Position numbers and translations under genes: made by a program
Notes under the pieces: generated by a model
Told to the model about the DNA's origin: nothing
Databases searched by the model: none
Seen by the model: the letters and a program-made list of their open reading frames with translations, nothing else
Shown here: positions 31,335 to 41,223 of the stretch, in pieces
Layout of the letters: every line of letters begins with the position of its first letter
Position numbering within the stretch: position 1 is the stretch's first letter
Origin: an uncultured Candidatus Saccharibacteria bacterium
GTDB lineage: Bacteria; Patescibacteriota; Saccharimonadia; Saccharimonadales; UBA4665
Assembly (NCBI GenBank): GCA_963841325.1
Contig: CAWJBZ010000004.1
Coordinates: 27,076-91,075 of the forward strand
Length of the DNA: 64,000 bases
Reading direction: 5' to 3'

Positions 31335-31928
31335 CTACTTGCTTTGTGAACTCCGAGCGGTAGCTAAAGCATTGCTATACCACTTCAAATCTTCAAGTAG
31401 TGATTTAAGCGAAGCTTGTGGGCCGTAGGGATTAGTCTTGAGTTCTTCATTCAACATACCTGATTCATCAATCAACTCGCTGGCTCGGCCTATTAGAAAG
31501 GTTGCTCTTGGGATGGTTACTGCCATTAACCCGGGTATTACTCCGCGTAAGTGAGCAATAGCTTGGGCACCACCAGTGCTGCCGTGACCAATCAGGGCTA
31601 CGGGTTTGTTGGCAAACTGAAAATCAATATAGTCCAGAGCGTTTTTAAGTACTGCCGAATATGAACGGTTATATTCAGGCGTAACTAAGATATAAGCATC
31701 ACTTTCGGCTAATTTGTTTAACCATCTCTTAGCTACTGGGTTAGGCTGTCGATTAGGGTTAAACTGCGGCGAAATTGGTTCGTCTAAAAACGGCAGCGGA
31801 TAATCAGCAAGGTCAACCGCTTCGACACTGATGCCGGTTATTTTTTTAGCTTCGGCCACAACCCATTTGGCTACTCGATGAGTAGCTCGATTAGGGCGGG
31901 TACTGCCAATAATTACTTGAACTTTCAT
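31335..31928 (-). CDS. NADPH-dependent FMN reductase-family protein
   Basis: 197 aa. MKVQVIIGSTRPNR start and TPEYNRSYSAVLKNALD motif. Divergent from an HxlR regulator. Confidence 0.75.
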   Translation of the reverse strand: MKVQVIIGSTRPNRATHRVAKWVVAEAKKITGISVEAVDLADYPLPFLDEPISPQFNPNRQPNPVAKRWLNKLAESDAYILVTPEYNRSYSAVLKNALDYIDFQFANKPVALIGHGSTGGAQAIAHLRGVIPGLMAVTIPRATFLIGRASELIDESGMLNEELKTNPYGPQASLKSLLEDLKWYSNALATARSSQSK

Positions 31929-32005
31929 CTTATTTCTTTTCTTCCTTTACTATGATATACTTTGTATACTATTAACATTATAGCAAATACTATATTTTGT
32001 AAAGT

Positions 32006-32383
32006 ATGAAATCCATAACTATCCAACAAAATACCATAAATAAGGTGCTCGAACCCAGCGTCGGCTGCATTGCTGGTGCCATGGAAATAATCGGGAATAA
32101 ATGGACAGCCTTAATCTTGCGTGATCTAGCGGGTGGTTCTCAACGTTTTTGTCTCTTAGAAAAGAGCGTTGGCCACATCAACCCACGAACACTTTCCAAG
32201 CGCCTCGACGATCTAGAAGCCCACGGTATAGTTACTAAACAAAGCTTCGCGGAAATCCCACCTAGAATTGAGTACACTCTAACCACAAAGGGCCATGATT
32301 TAATCCCGGTTCTGGAGCAAATGGCTGCTTGGGGTAGTAAATATTGTAGAAACGTCTCGGCAAATCATAACTCATTGCCATAA
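32006..32383 (+). CDS. HxlR-family transcriptional regulator
   Basis: 125 aa. CIAGAMEIIGNKWTALILRDL and the wHTH segment PPRIEYTLTTKG. Confidence 0.8.
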   Translation: MKSITIQQNTINKVLEPSVGCIAGAMEIIGNKWTALILRDLAGGSQRFCLLEKSVGHINPRTLSKRLDDLEAHGIVTKQSFAEIPPRIEYTLTTKGHDLIPVLEQMAAWGSKYCRNVSANHNSLP

Positions 32384-32402
32384 TGACTCAGACTAAAGTT
32401 AG

Positions 32403-32789
32403 CTAGGACTGTTGCTTAAATTGTAAAGCCGTTGAATTAATACAAAAACGTTTACCGGTTGGCTGGTTAGGTGCATCATTAAATACGTGTCCAAGATGAC
32501 TGCCGCATCGCGAACATTGTACCTCAATACGCCGTAGACCATTGCTGTTATCTTCTTTTAACTTTACGGCATGGCGATTGGCTGCATCATAAAAACTAGG
32601 CCATCCTGAACCAGAATCAAACTTAGTGTTACTTTTAAATACAACGTTTTGACAAGCTGCGCAAAGATAATCTCCGTTAGCATTATTATGTAAAAGCGCT
32701 CCGGTAAACGGTGTATCGGTTCCTTTTTCGCGTAAGATACGATATTGTTCCGGAGTTAATTTAGCTCTCCACTGATCATTATCGGCCAT
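32403..32789 (-). CDS. msrB: Peptide-methionine (R)-S-oxide reductase
   Basis: 128 aa. CxxC pairs (CAAC, CSRC), GWPSF, and the catalytic-site segment GSHLGHVFNDAP. Confidence 0.9.
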   Translation of the reverse strand: MADNDQWRAKLTPEQYRILREKGTDTPFTGALLHNNANGDYLCAACQNVVFKSNTKFDSGSGWPSFYDAANRHAVKLKEDNSNGLRRIEVQCSRCGSHLGHVFNDAPNQPTGKRFCINSTALQFKQQS

Positions 32790-32824
32790 ATTTTAATTAT
32801 AACTTGGCTATATATGGTTAACTG

Positions 32825-33241
32825 TTAAGTTTTTGGCTTATCTAATTTATCCAATTTGAATAATTTGATAATGGCATATATGACTAATAGAACGAAGAGG
32901 AAATCTATTAAGGCATAAACGAAAGAACCCCAACCAAAATTAGCAAACTGATGCCCAAAATGTAGGGTAAAGGTCCGGGAACTTAAAGCTACACCGCCAA
33001 ACATTAAAGCCGAAAGTGGATTAATGAAACTGGCGATCAGTTGTTTAACTACTCCTTGGACTTGGGTACCAACCACAAAACCAACTGCCAAACCGATGAT
33101 GGCATTCTGCCGCAAAAAGGCCGTGAAGCCACTGACCGGTTGGGTTAACCCGCGAGAAACAACCCTAACGCGTTGTCGCTTGGTAGTTGGGTTATTACTA
33201 GTAGTATCGGAAGTTTGGTTGGTTGATTTTAGGGTCGCCAT
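32825..33241 (-). CDS. mscL: Large-conductance mechanosensitive channel
   Basis: 138 aa. FLRQNAIIGLAVGFVVGTQV TM1 signature and a second TM helix. About 30 aa of extra S/T-rich N-terminus. Confidence 0.8.
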   Translation of the reverse strand: MATLKSTNQTSDTTSNNPTTKRQRVRVVSRGLTQPVSGFTAFLRQNAIIGLAVGFVVGTQVQGVVKQLIASFINPLSALMFGGVALSSRTFTLHFGHQFANFGWGSFVYALIDFLFVLLVIYAIIKLFKLDKLDKPKT

Positions 33242-33260
33242 AGTTTATATCATACCCTAT

Positions 33261-34925
33261 TTACATCTGTGACGGAGCTGGGATGCCTAAGAGCTCTAAA
33301 CCAGCTTTAAGGACATTTGCATAATCTAATACCAAGACTAGTCGGTCTGCTTCGCGGTCACCACCAATTACCCGATTATGTTCATAAAAACTATTAAATA
33401 CCTGGGCTAATTCGTAGAGATAATTGCAGATATGATGGGGCATTAATTCGCTAGATGATCGGTTTACTACGTCTGGATATTCAATAATTTTTCGCAACAA
33501 GCTTCTTTCGGCCGGTTCCAGTTTGGTAATTGAATCTGCTGGTTTTACAATACTTTTCTTTAAGATACTCCGGGCTCGTACTTGAGCATATTGAAGGTAG
33601 GATCCACTGTTACCTTCCATACTGATGGCTTCGTCAATATCGAAAATTACATCACTGCCAATCCGATTTTTAAGAAATACGTATCTTATAGCCCCGACCA
33701 CGCCATCGGCTAAACTTTGATCATCTGCACCGCGTTTTTGTAGTGCTGTTTCAATTGCCTTAAATAACCATCCAATATTGATGGCCGTACCTTGGCGTGA
33801 ACTCATTTTGCCAGTTGAAAGTTTGACTATACCAGTAGGAACATTATGAGTAACCCCGGCAAGTTCGGGTTCGGCTAATTCAGCTGCCTTAAAGACAACT
33901 TGAAAATAAGCTTTTTGTTCGATAGCTGTAACTATGTAGCTAGACACGGGCTTAAAGTCTTGTTGCTTCAATTGAATTAATCCAAGGTCACGGGCTTCAT
34001 ATAGGGTGGTATCACGACTAGATATAAAAACCCGGGTGTGTAGCCCATACTTTTCACCTGGGAAAATAACTGCCCCGTCAGATTTTTCAAAGACATCACC
34101 GATATGTTGTTCAACAATCTTCCTCCCGACTTTATCGGCTTCGCTTTCTAGATATCGATGTTCGACTTTTTTACTTCCCAAATTATCGAGAACTTGGTCA
34201 ATATAGCTAAAACTCCAAGCTTTACAGATATCATAAACTTGCTTATAAAACGGATCGGTTAAGATAAACGATTCGTCGGAGTAACGTTCTATATCTTGTT
34301 TAGCCAAATCATCCTGTTCATAGGCAGTAGCCCCTTCGGCATACTTTTCGCTTAAAAATTTCGGCCGTTCAGACTCGGTAATCTGATTTAATTTATCTAG
34401 ATCGCCATTGAGAAATTTCAAGATAGCCCACATCGATTTACCAATATGTAGACCAACATCCCCATGGTAGCTAACCCGATGGGTAACTGCCCCGCCGGCT
34501 TCCAATAAGTTTGCCAGTGAATCGGCCACAATCGAATTAAAGGCATGGCCAATGTGGATGTCTTTAAATGGGTTGGGATTATTCGTTTCAATGACAACCG
34601 ATTGGTTAGCATAAGGATGTTTGTATGTAAAATTATGAGCATTATCACATAAGATCCGATCACTTAAGCGTAAATTTAAAAATCCCGGTTCGACAACGCT
34701 AATTTCCGAAACTGTTTCACTTAAGACTTTCCGTAGCTCAGTGGCCAGAGTATTGGCAACTTCTATTGGTGGCCGATTAAGCGTACCGGCCAGCTGTAAA
34801 GCAATATTAGTTGCATAATCACCAAACTGCTCTTCGGGTTGGGCTAGTTGAACGGCAATTTCAGCACCAAACAGGGTTTTACAGGTTTCGGCGATTATGG
34901 CTTCGTATTCAGACTTCATGGGCAA
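33261..34925 (-). CDS. argS: Arginyl-tRNA synthetase
   Basis: 554 aa. HIGH-type motif (FKDIHIGHAFN), KMSSR (KMSKS-like), a DALR anticodon-binding domain, and the characteristic terminal Met. Confidence 0.93.
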   Translation of the reverse strand: MPMKSEYEAIIAETCKTLFGAEIAVQLAQPEEQFGDYATNIALQLAGTLNRPPIEVANTLATELRKVLSETVSEISVVEPGFLNLRLSDRILCDNAHNFTYKHPYANQSVVIETNNPNPFKDIHIGHAFNSIVADSLANLLEAGGAVTHRVSYHGDVGLHIGKSMWAILKFLNGDLDKLNQITESERPKFLSEKYAEGATAYEQDDLAKQDIERYSDESFILTDPFYKQVYDICKAWSFSYIDQVLDNLGSKKVEHRYLESEADKVGRKIVEQHIGDVFEKSDGAVIFPGEKYGLHTRVFISSRDTTLYEARDLGLIQLKQQDFKPVSSYIVTAIEQKAYFQVVFKAAELAEPELAGVTHNVPTGIVKLSTGKMSSRQGTAINIGWLFKAIETALQKRGADDQSLADGVVGAIRYVFLKNRIGSDVIFDIDEAISMEGNSGSYLQYAQVRARSILKKSIVKPADSITKLEPAERSLLRKIIEYPDVVNRSSSELMPHHICNYLYELAQVFNSFYEHNRVIGGDREADRLVLVLDYANVLKAGLELLGIPAPSQM

Positions 34926-34940
34926 CAGTATATCAGGTTA

Positions 34941-35618
34941 TTATTCGCGTAGTCTTAGAAGCGTCATGCCCTGTTGGGCAACAACATACATACTCCCCAG
35001 AAGAGCAAAAAATGGTGCGATTACCGATAGAACTTGTGGATATTGCGATGGGTGTAGTAACCGAGTGGAGATTTCAAATATAACGCCGGCTGGATCGGTA
35101 GCAATGTCCCAGGTATTCCAGCGTAAATCACGGCCGACATAGATTGCAAAGCTGCAGGCCAGTAGTATCAAACCGACCATTATTGCCGTGGTGCGGGCTG
35201 AAAACCGTTTAGTGAACTCCTGATGGATAATATACAAGCTGCTAAACCCGAGTAAAACAGCCGTATAAATGAATGAGGTGAACATCACTGCACTAAACAA
35301 TAATTGTTGGGAATTTACCTCTACTAAATGGATAAAATCGCTGATCATGTAAAAAGTATTCGGTAGGAAAATCAACCATAAAGCACTGATGATTAGACCT
35401 TCCCAGCTGGACCAGAGTTTATGTCGCAAGCAGTGTTGTAGCCAAAGTGCCAGCCCCAGTGGGATCCAAGCTAGCACTAGATTAACAAACAAGTAATTCA
35501 CTACAAAACTATGGTTAGTGATGTCCGCAGCGATTAATAAACCAACACTAACAATCGTCGCCAGACAGAGTGCTACGATAAATTGCACCCATGGAGTTAA
35601 ACTTATCCGCCCACGCAT
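34941..35618 (-). CDS. Polytopic membrane protein (DUF1361-like, tentative)
   Basis: 225 aa, about 6 TM helices. Family assignment is by overall pattern only. Confidence 0.4.
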   Translation of the reverse strand: MRGRISLTPWVQFIVALCLATIVSVGLLIAADITNHSFVVNYLFVNLVLAWIPLGLALWLQHCLRHKLWSSWEGLIISALWLIFLPNTFYMISDFIHLVEVNSQQLLFSAVMFTSFIYTAVLLGFSSLYIIHQEFTKRFSARTTAIMVGLILLACSFAIYVGRDLRWNTWDIATDPAGVIFEISTRLLHPSQYPQVLSVIAPFFALLGSMYVVAQQGMTLLRLRE

Positions 35619-35679
35619 GTCGTTATCTATTATACCAAGCTACCCCTTAAGTACTGGTAGTGACCAACCCAAAAACTAT

Positions 35680-36705
35680 TTAAGCCAAGCCTCGTTTAAA
35701 GGCCTCGATCAACTCTACCGGCGCCGGATTTAATCCGTTCAGAAGCGCTGTATAGATAGTCACAAAGTCACCGAACGCAATAGCCCAAAGTAACTGTTCA
35801 ATAAGGCTGTTACCTTCAGTAGTTACAGAGTGTGGATGGGGCCAGAGCCCGGACAGTAACCGCTCCGAGACAGCAAAACGTTTCTGTATCCGTTCAGACT
35901 CCAAGTTGCTTTTTAGCTCAATGACGGCATATGGCTTATCGACGGGTTGTTTGCTCCAGCCGATAAATTCATTATGATTAAACTCTGGGAATTGGTTGGC
36001 CCAGGCTACTTGTTTAGCATTCTCATTAAAACTTATTTTCCACTTATAAGCAGCTGGGTATAGGCTTGGCCCGGCATACATTACTATCGACTTGCCAATA
36101 CATTCCAAAGCCAATAATTTGGCGGGATTATTCGCCACAGGAACGGTTGGCAGCCATTGGCTAACTGCCGCCTGCAAGCGTGGCCCGACTGCAGTTAACT
36201 CCTGAAGTGATTCTTCACGTAGCAGCCTTGCCGAAACCAACAGCGAGAGTAAGGCTTTCAGGCTATAAAACACTGCGTAACGCGGTTGCTCGGTCTTAGG
36301 AATAAGTGCTAATGGATAGTTCCTATCTTTGGCAAGCTCGGCTAATTTTCCACCATTAGTTATTACGGCAATTTTGGCACCTTTGGCTTCAGCTTGAGCA
36401 AGTGCCGTAAGCGTTTCTTCAGTGTTACCGGAATAACTGCTGACAATAAAATAAGTCCTTGGAGAGACATACTGAGGAATATTGTAATTACGTACCAACT
36501 CAAATGGTTTTTGATAGGCTGGCCAACTCTGGCTAATCAAGCCGGCTAAGGCCGATCCACCCATACCGGCGAATACCAAGTTATCAACATCGACGTCGGT
36601 CTGTGCCGTTGGGAAGCTGTAATTGAGTTGTTGCCACTGTTTTTCGGCTATACCTAGAGCATCGGACGTGTCTCGTTCGTGAATGTATTTTAGATCATCT
36701 AACAT
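35680..36705 (-). CDS. Bifunctional phosphoglucose/phosphomannose isomerase-type SIS protein
   Basis: 341 aa. SIS motifs (FAGMGGSALAG, VSSYSGNTEET) and the C-terminal PGI/PMI-like domain. Confidence 0.65.
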   Translation of the reverse strand: MLDDLKYIHERDTSDALGIAEKQWQQLNYSFPTAQTDVDVDNLVFAGMGGSALAGLISQSWPAYQKPFELVRNYNIPQYVSPRTYFIVSSYSGNTEETLTALAQAEAKGAKIAVITNGGKLAELAKDRNYPLALIPKTEQPRYAVFYSLKALLSLLVSARLLREESLQELTAVGPRLQAAVSQWLPTVPVANNPAKLLALECIGKSIVMYAGPSLYPAAYKWKISFNENAKQVAWANQFPEFNHNEFIGWSKQPVDKPYAVIELKSNLESERIQKRFAVSERLLSGLWPHPHSVTTEGNSLIEQLLWAIAFGDFVTIYTALLNGLNPAPVELIEAFKRGLA

Positions 36706-36775
36706 ATGCTATATCCTTGTACTTTTAGACTGGTTGTATATAGTATAGTTTAACTACTAACGTCGAGGGGAACAA

Positions 36776-37255
36776 ATGTTTGGGCACGATGAAGACGCTA
36801 CTACAAAAAGCAATAGCCAAAACCTAACTACTAACGAACCAGTTGATGACGGGACGCTTGGTTTGCCTGCTACCGATAATGATACTTCTAGTTATCCCAC
36901 AGAACCATCTACCAATGCTACAGATGACATAGTCCCTGTTCCGCCACCAGCTCAACCACCCACCTCCGATGAAGCCTTACTGGAACCGAATTCCTCACCG
37001 GATAAAACAGATGATTTATTAAGCATCAAGCAAAAAGCCTTACAACAATTAAAACCACTTATTGGGCACCTGGAGCAGACCCCAGAGGAACGATTTCGCA
37101 CAACTATGATGATGATTCAGGCCGCTGATGATCAAAGTCTAATACCCCAAGCTTATCAGTCAGCTAATGATATCAGTGATGAAAAAACCCGAGCACAAGC
37201 ACTACTTGATGTAATCAACGAGATCAATTATTTTCATTCGCAAAAAATCAGTTAA
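36776..37255 (+). CDS. Hypothetical acidic/Pro-rich protein
   Basis: 159 aa. Disordered N-terminal half and helical C-terminal half. Converges on the next gene with a 4-nt overlap. Confidence 0.45.
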   Translation: MFGHDEDATTKSNSQNLTTNEPVDDGTLGLPATDNDTSSYPTEPSTNATDDIVPVPPPAQPPTSDEALLEPNSSPDKTDDLLSIKQKALQQLKPLIGHLEQTPEERFRTTMMMIQAADDQSLIPQAYQSANDISDEKTRAQALLDVINEINYFHSQKIS

Positions 37256-37719
37256 AACTTTTTTTCGGATTTAGGAGTGGTCGAGGTCAAGTTTCTAGAC
37301 TGTCGAATATAGTAACAAATTGTCCCAGTAATTCCTGCCCCCAAGGCTACCCAGAAAACTTCGTTCCCTGGACCGGTATTAGGCATGTTGCTAGGTGTGG
37401 CTGATATCGACGAAGATGACTGTGTCGATGGTGTAGTGCTGGTTTGTTTAGACACTGGTGGAATTGGCTGGGTTTTTTGATTGTTTTTAGCTGTCTGAGA
37501 GGTTTGCGACTTAGCTGTTTTAGCATGGTTAGAACTACTGGAATGCCACCATAAACTGCCAAAAACAACAATCGCAATAATTAAAATCAAAATAATAGCA
37601 GCAATTAACCGTTGTGTGGTTATTTTTCTAATCAGTGATCGTTTATAGAAAGAACGAAACTCTGGTGGTATATCAGATCTGGTAGGTTGCTGATTTAGTT
37701 TTTTGCCAAAAATCCACAT
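37252..37719 (-). CDS. Hypothetical surface protein with LPXTG-like (MPNTG) C-terminal sorting signal
   Basis: 155 aa. N-terminal TM anchor and an S/T/Q-rich stalk, then MPNTG + hydrophobic VFWVALGAGITGTICYYI + basic RQSR. Confidence 0.5.
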   Translation of the reverse strand: MWIFGKKLNQQPTRSDIPPEFRSFYKRSLIRKITTQRLIAAIILILIIAIVVFGSLWWHSSSSNHAKTAKSQTSQTAKNNQKTQPIPPVSKQTSTTPSTQSSSSISATPSNMPNTGPGNEVFWVALGAGITGTICYYIRQSRNLTSTTPKSEKKF

Positions 37720-37837
37720 ATCTACAGTGTAATCCTGCTAGCAACAGATATAAAGCTTAAGCTCTATGCCTATATTCAGTTGATATCAATAGCTAATTTC
37801 AGCAGTAATGGTTTAAGGCGTTTTGGGGGACCTAGGA

Positions 37838-39484
37838 TTACATCATTCCCATACCACCGCCCATATCTGGCGGGGCGACTTTTTCCTCTTTCGGAACCTC
37901 AACTACTAATGCTCCCATGGTCATCGTGGTACCGGCAATACTGACAGCATTGAGCACAGCTTCTTTAGTCACGCGGGTCGGGTCAACGATTCCGTTAACT
38001 TTCATATCCACTAATTTACTGGGATTATTGACATCCACCCCGTAACCTTCTTTTGCACCTCTTACTTTAGGCAACCATTCGTCGGCATTGATACCGGCAT
38101 TAGTTAGCAGAATACGAAACGGTTGTTCTAGCGCTTTGATCAGTATTTGGCGACCAGCGGTTATTGAAGCGTCTTCGTGATCATCGAAAACGATTGAGTT
38201 AGTTAAGTTAATTGGTGTTACCCCACCACCGGGTACGATCCCTTCGCTTAATGCTGATTTAACAGAAGCTACAGCATCATCAACTCGAAACTTTTTCTCT
38301 TCAATTTCAGTTTCAGTAGCGCCGCCGACTTTAATGACGGCTACCTTACCGCTCAAGGAAGCCCGACGTTTTTCAAGATTTTCCTTATCGTATTCGCTAC
38401 TAGCCGCTTCAATTTGTTTATTGATTTGATTGATACGGGCACTGACTTCGGTAGTTGAACCACCACCTTCAATAATCGTGGTCTGGTCTTTGTTAACAAT
38501 CACTTTACGGGCTGAACCGATAACTTCTAATTCGGCGTTTTCAAATGTCATACCACGATCTTCGGTAATCACTTCGGCGCCAGTTAATATAGCAATATCA
38601 TTTAGGATATCTTTGCGTCTATCACCAAATGCTGGAGCTTTTATGGCGACCGTATTAAAGACACCTTTCAGACGGTTCAATATCAGGGTAGCTAGAGCTT
38701 CGCCCTCAACATCTTCGGCAATCAATACTAGGTCTTTCTTGCCAGCCTGAGCTAACTTTTCAAGTAAAGGCAAAAATTCGTTGATACTGGAAATCTTTTT
38801 ATCAGTAATCACAATAGCGGGTTTGTCATAGACTGCTTCCATCCGACCCGTATCAGTCACCATATAGGCACTGACGAAGCCACGATCAAAGGTAAAACCT
38901 TCTACGACTTCACTTTCTAGAGCTAAACCTTGACCCTCTTCGACAGTAACGACCCCGTCTTTACCAATGGCCGCCATAACCTCAGCAATTAAGTTACCAA
39001 TGTCCGGATCACCGGCTGAAATGGTGGCAACTTCAGCCACGCGACTTTTTTTATCCTCAACGTCTTCACTCATAGTACCGAGTTTTTCAATAACTTGCTG
39101 AGCGGCTGATTCCAGTCCCTTACGGAGCAGCATTGGGTTATGCCCCGCAGCAATCAGTCTATTGGCTTCACTTAAAAGGTGATACGTTAAAACTGTTACC
39201 GTGGTGGTACCATCACCGGCTACATCGTTCATCTTAGATGCGGCTTGTTTGATCAATTCAGCGCCAACTTTGTAACCGAGCGTTTCATCGTCCACTTCAG
39301 CTAGTTCAACCGCTTTAGCAACGGCAACACCATCATGGGTAACCGTAGGCGCACCATAAGATTTGCCGATTACCACGTTACGACCTTTCGGGCCCATGGT
39401 CATTTTAACGGCGTTATATAAAATTTCAGCACCGTCAAGCAATCGCTTTCGGGCAATATCATCATATAAAACTTTTTTTGCCAT
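37838..39484 (-). CDS. groL: Chaperonin GroEL
   Basis: 548 aa. AGDGTTTVTVL motif and a GGM-type tail (PPDMGGGMGMM). Confidence 0.97.
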   Translation of the reverse strand: MAKKVLYDDIARKRLLDGAEILYNAVKMTMGPKGRNVVIGKSYGAPTVTHDGVAVAKAVELAEVDDETLGYKVGAELIKQAASKMNDVAGDGTTTVTVLTYHLLSEANRLIAAGHNPMLLRKGLESAAQQVIEKLGTMSEDVEDKKSRVAEVATISAGDPDIGNLIAEVMAAIGKDGVVTVEEGQGLALESEVVEGFTFDRGFVSAYMVTDTGRMEAVYDKPAIVITDKKISSINEFLPLLEKLAQAGKKDLVLIAEDVEGEALATLILNRLKGVFNTVAIKAPAFGDRRKDILNDIAILTGAEVITEDRGMTFENAELEVIGSARKVIVNKDQTTIIEGGGSTTEVSARINQINKQIEAASSEYDKENLEKRRASLSGKVAVIKVGGATETEIEEKKFRVDDAVASVKSALSEGIVPGGGVTPINLTNSIVFDDHEDASITAGRQILIKALEQPFRILLTNAGINADEWLPKVRGAKEGYGVDVNNPSKLVDMKVNGIVDPTRVTKEAVLNAVSIAGTTMTMGALVVEVPKEEKVAPPDMGGGMGMM

Positions 39485-39502
39485 CTCTCTTTACTCCTTA
39501 CA

Positions 39503-39769
39503 TTATTGAATTGTCCCTAGGACATCTTCTTCTTTAACTAAAATATATTCGTCGTTACCAACTTTAACTTCGGTTGTACTATAACTTTTATAAATAATTC
39601 GATCACCGACTTTAAGCTGTTTTATATCTTTGCCGACGGCTGTTACTTTAGCAATTTTTGGTTTTTCAGCTGCCTTATCAGGCAAGTATAAACCGCTGGC
39701 GGTTTTGGTTTCTGGTTCTTCACTAATAGCTACCACGTATTCGGCTAGTGGATGAATTTTTGCACTCAT
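39503..39769 (-). CDS. groS: Co-chaperonin GroES
   Basis: Start placed at the internal Met (MSAKIHPLAEYVV), because AAAGGAGAG lies about 9 nt upstream of it. Mobile loop ETKTASGLYLP. Confidence 0.92.
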   Translation of the reverse strand: MSAKIHPLAEYVVAISEEPETKTASGLYLPDKAAEKPKIAKVTAVGKDIKQLKVGDRIIYKSYSTTEVKVGNDEYILVKEEDVLGTIQ

Positions 39770-39812
39770 AGCAAAACTCTCTCTCCTTTTCATAACTTAT
39801 AATCTCCGTTTG

Positions 39813-39880
39813 TTAGCACTGTATATAGTAGAGTGCCAACGCTGTTCTTAATCATACCGTTGCAATACTCGATCTGTCAA
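39813..39880 (-). promoter_or_regulatory. groESL promoter plus CIRCE-like (HrcA) operator
   Basis: Minus strand reads TTGACA (39880-39875), 18-nt spacer, TATGAT (39856-39851). Then TTAGCACTG-N9-GAGTGCCAA at 39813-39839, against the CIRCE consensus TTAGCACTC-N9-GAGTGCTAA. Confidence 0.7.
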
Positions 39881-39903
39881 GGTGACGAGCTATAATTACC
39901 ATA

Positions 39904-40794
39904 ATGAACGTTAAAATCAATCAGACAGTATTGATGTCTGGAGCCGAATATTTCGATGACACTTATGCCATTAATGCCTATATGGATAACCGTGTCCCGA
40001 TTAACCGCTCGCTGGCAACAGTTGAGCACGAAGCTATTCACGAGTCTCTGGAGCAAGCTGGAATAACGGTTGTTAAAGTATCCCCTCCTATTGCCTGCCA
40101 GGATGGAGTGTATACGGCTAACTGGGGTCTTTGTCGCGACGATACCGTAGTCCTCTCACGATTGCCTAATAAACGCAAAGCTGAGGAGCAATATGCCGAA
40201 AAAATCCTCAGAAACCTCGGTAAACGAATTATAAAACTACCAGAACAAGTTCGCTTCAGCGGTCAAGGTGATGCCCTTCCCTGTGGTAATTGGTTATTTA
40301 TGGGTACGACCTATCGCACTGATTTAGATGCACAGCGGCAAGTAGCTGATGCATTAAGTTACGAGGTAATTAGTCTTCAAACTGTGCCAAAGCGAGAATT
40401 CGCTGGCTTTGGGCCAATTACCATTAATTCAGTAACTGGTTGGCCGGACAGTTTCTTTTATGATCTTGACCTAGCGCTAGCAGTTTTACGGGTACCGACA
40501 CTAGACAATAAGGGATTAATTGCCTGGTGCCCTAAAGCTTTTACTCCAGAAAGCCAATTAAAAATTCGTTCTTTGGATATTGACGCGATTGAAGTATCCC
40601 GTCACGAGGCCCAGAAAGGTTATGCTTGCAACTTAGTCTCAACTGGTGAAGCCGTGATTATGACTGCTCAAGCACCTGAATTACAGCAAGCACTCGAAGG
40701 GCGCGGTTTTATGGTTTTCACTCCAAAAATCCAAGAGTTAGCCAAAGGTGGTGGTTATATTCGTTGCGTTACTCTTACTCTTGACAATAATTAA
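39904..40794 (+). CDS. Amidinotransferase/guanidino-group-modifying enzyme superfamily protein (DDAH/ADI-like)
   Basis: 296 aa. C-terminal GGGYIRCVTLTL matches the catalytic-Cys signature (GGG-x-x-RC) of the superfamily. Confidence 0.6.
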   Translation: MNVKINQTVLMSGAEYFDDTYAINAYMDNRVPINRSLATVEHEAIHESLEQAGITVVKVSPPIACQDGVYTANWGLCRDDTVVLSRLPNKRKAEEQYAEKILRNLGKRIIKLPEQVRFSGQGDALPCGNWLFMGTTYRTDLDAQRQVADALSYEVISLQTVPKREFAGFGPITINSVTGWPDSFFYDLDLALAVLRVPTLDNKGLIAWCPKAFTPESQLKIRSLDIDAIEVSRHEAQKGYACNLVSTGEAVIMTAQAPELQQALEGRGFMVFTPKIQELAKGGGYIRCVTLTLDNN

Positions 40795-41223
40795 TTGAAA
40801 ATTTGTTAATCAAAATAGATTAATTTATATTAAGCCTTCTTCTGGGTTTATTGACCGATCTTTTTTATGGTGTTAAATTATCAAATATAGTTCTTATGTT
40901 TGATTTGGTGAGATAGAGGGTACAACAATTACTTAAGAACGGCCGATCCAATCTATTAATTCTCTACCGGATGAGCCTACACTGACAGACTTGGGGCAGA
41001 CGGTGTTAATAGCATTAAATAAACCTAGAAGTATTCCGTCGTTAGGCCCCCGTCGTCTAAGACTAAGTCTTTCTGATATTTATAGCGTCACGACTGAACA
41101 TACTCTTGCGGCATCTGATACCTATAGCGTAACAGTAGACCTTAGGGATCCCGTTACGCCGGAAAATGTGATGATTCCGTCTCAGTCTACCGAAAAACGA
41201 AATAAATAGCCATAAACGTATAA

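Noticed and set aside
40900-41210. Possible tmRNA, RNase P RNA or riboswitch in the long spacer before the C39-like peptidase. ORFs 40991-41209 and 41063-41305 are also here.
   Set aside because: I could not find a tRNA-like 3' end (GGTTCGAAT...CCA), the GGGGC 5' end of tmRNA, the RNase P P4 signatures (GAGGAAAGTCC / ACAGAA) or c-di-AMP riboswitch cores. The two ORFs have TTG or weak starts and mutually overlap. The region is kept only as an unexplained spacer in the findings.
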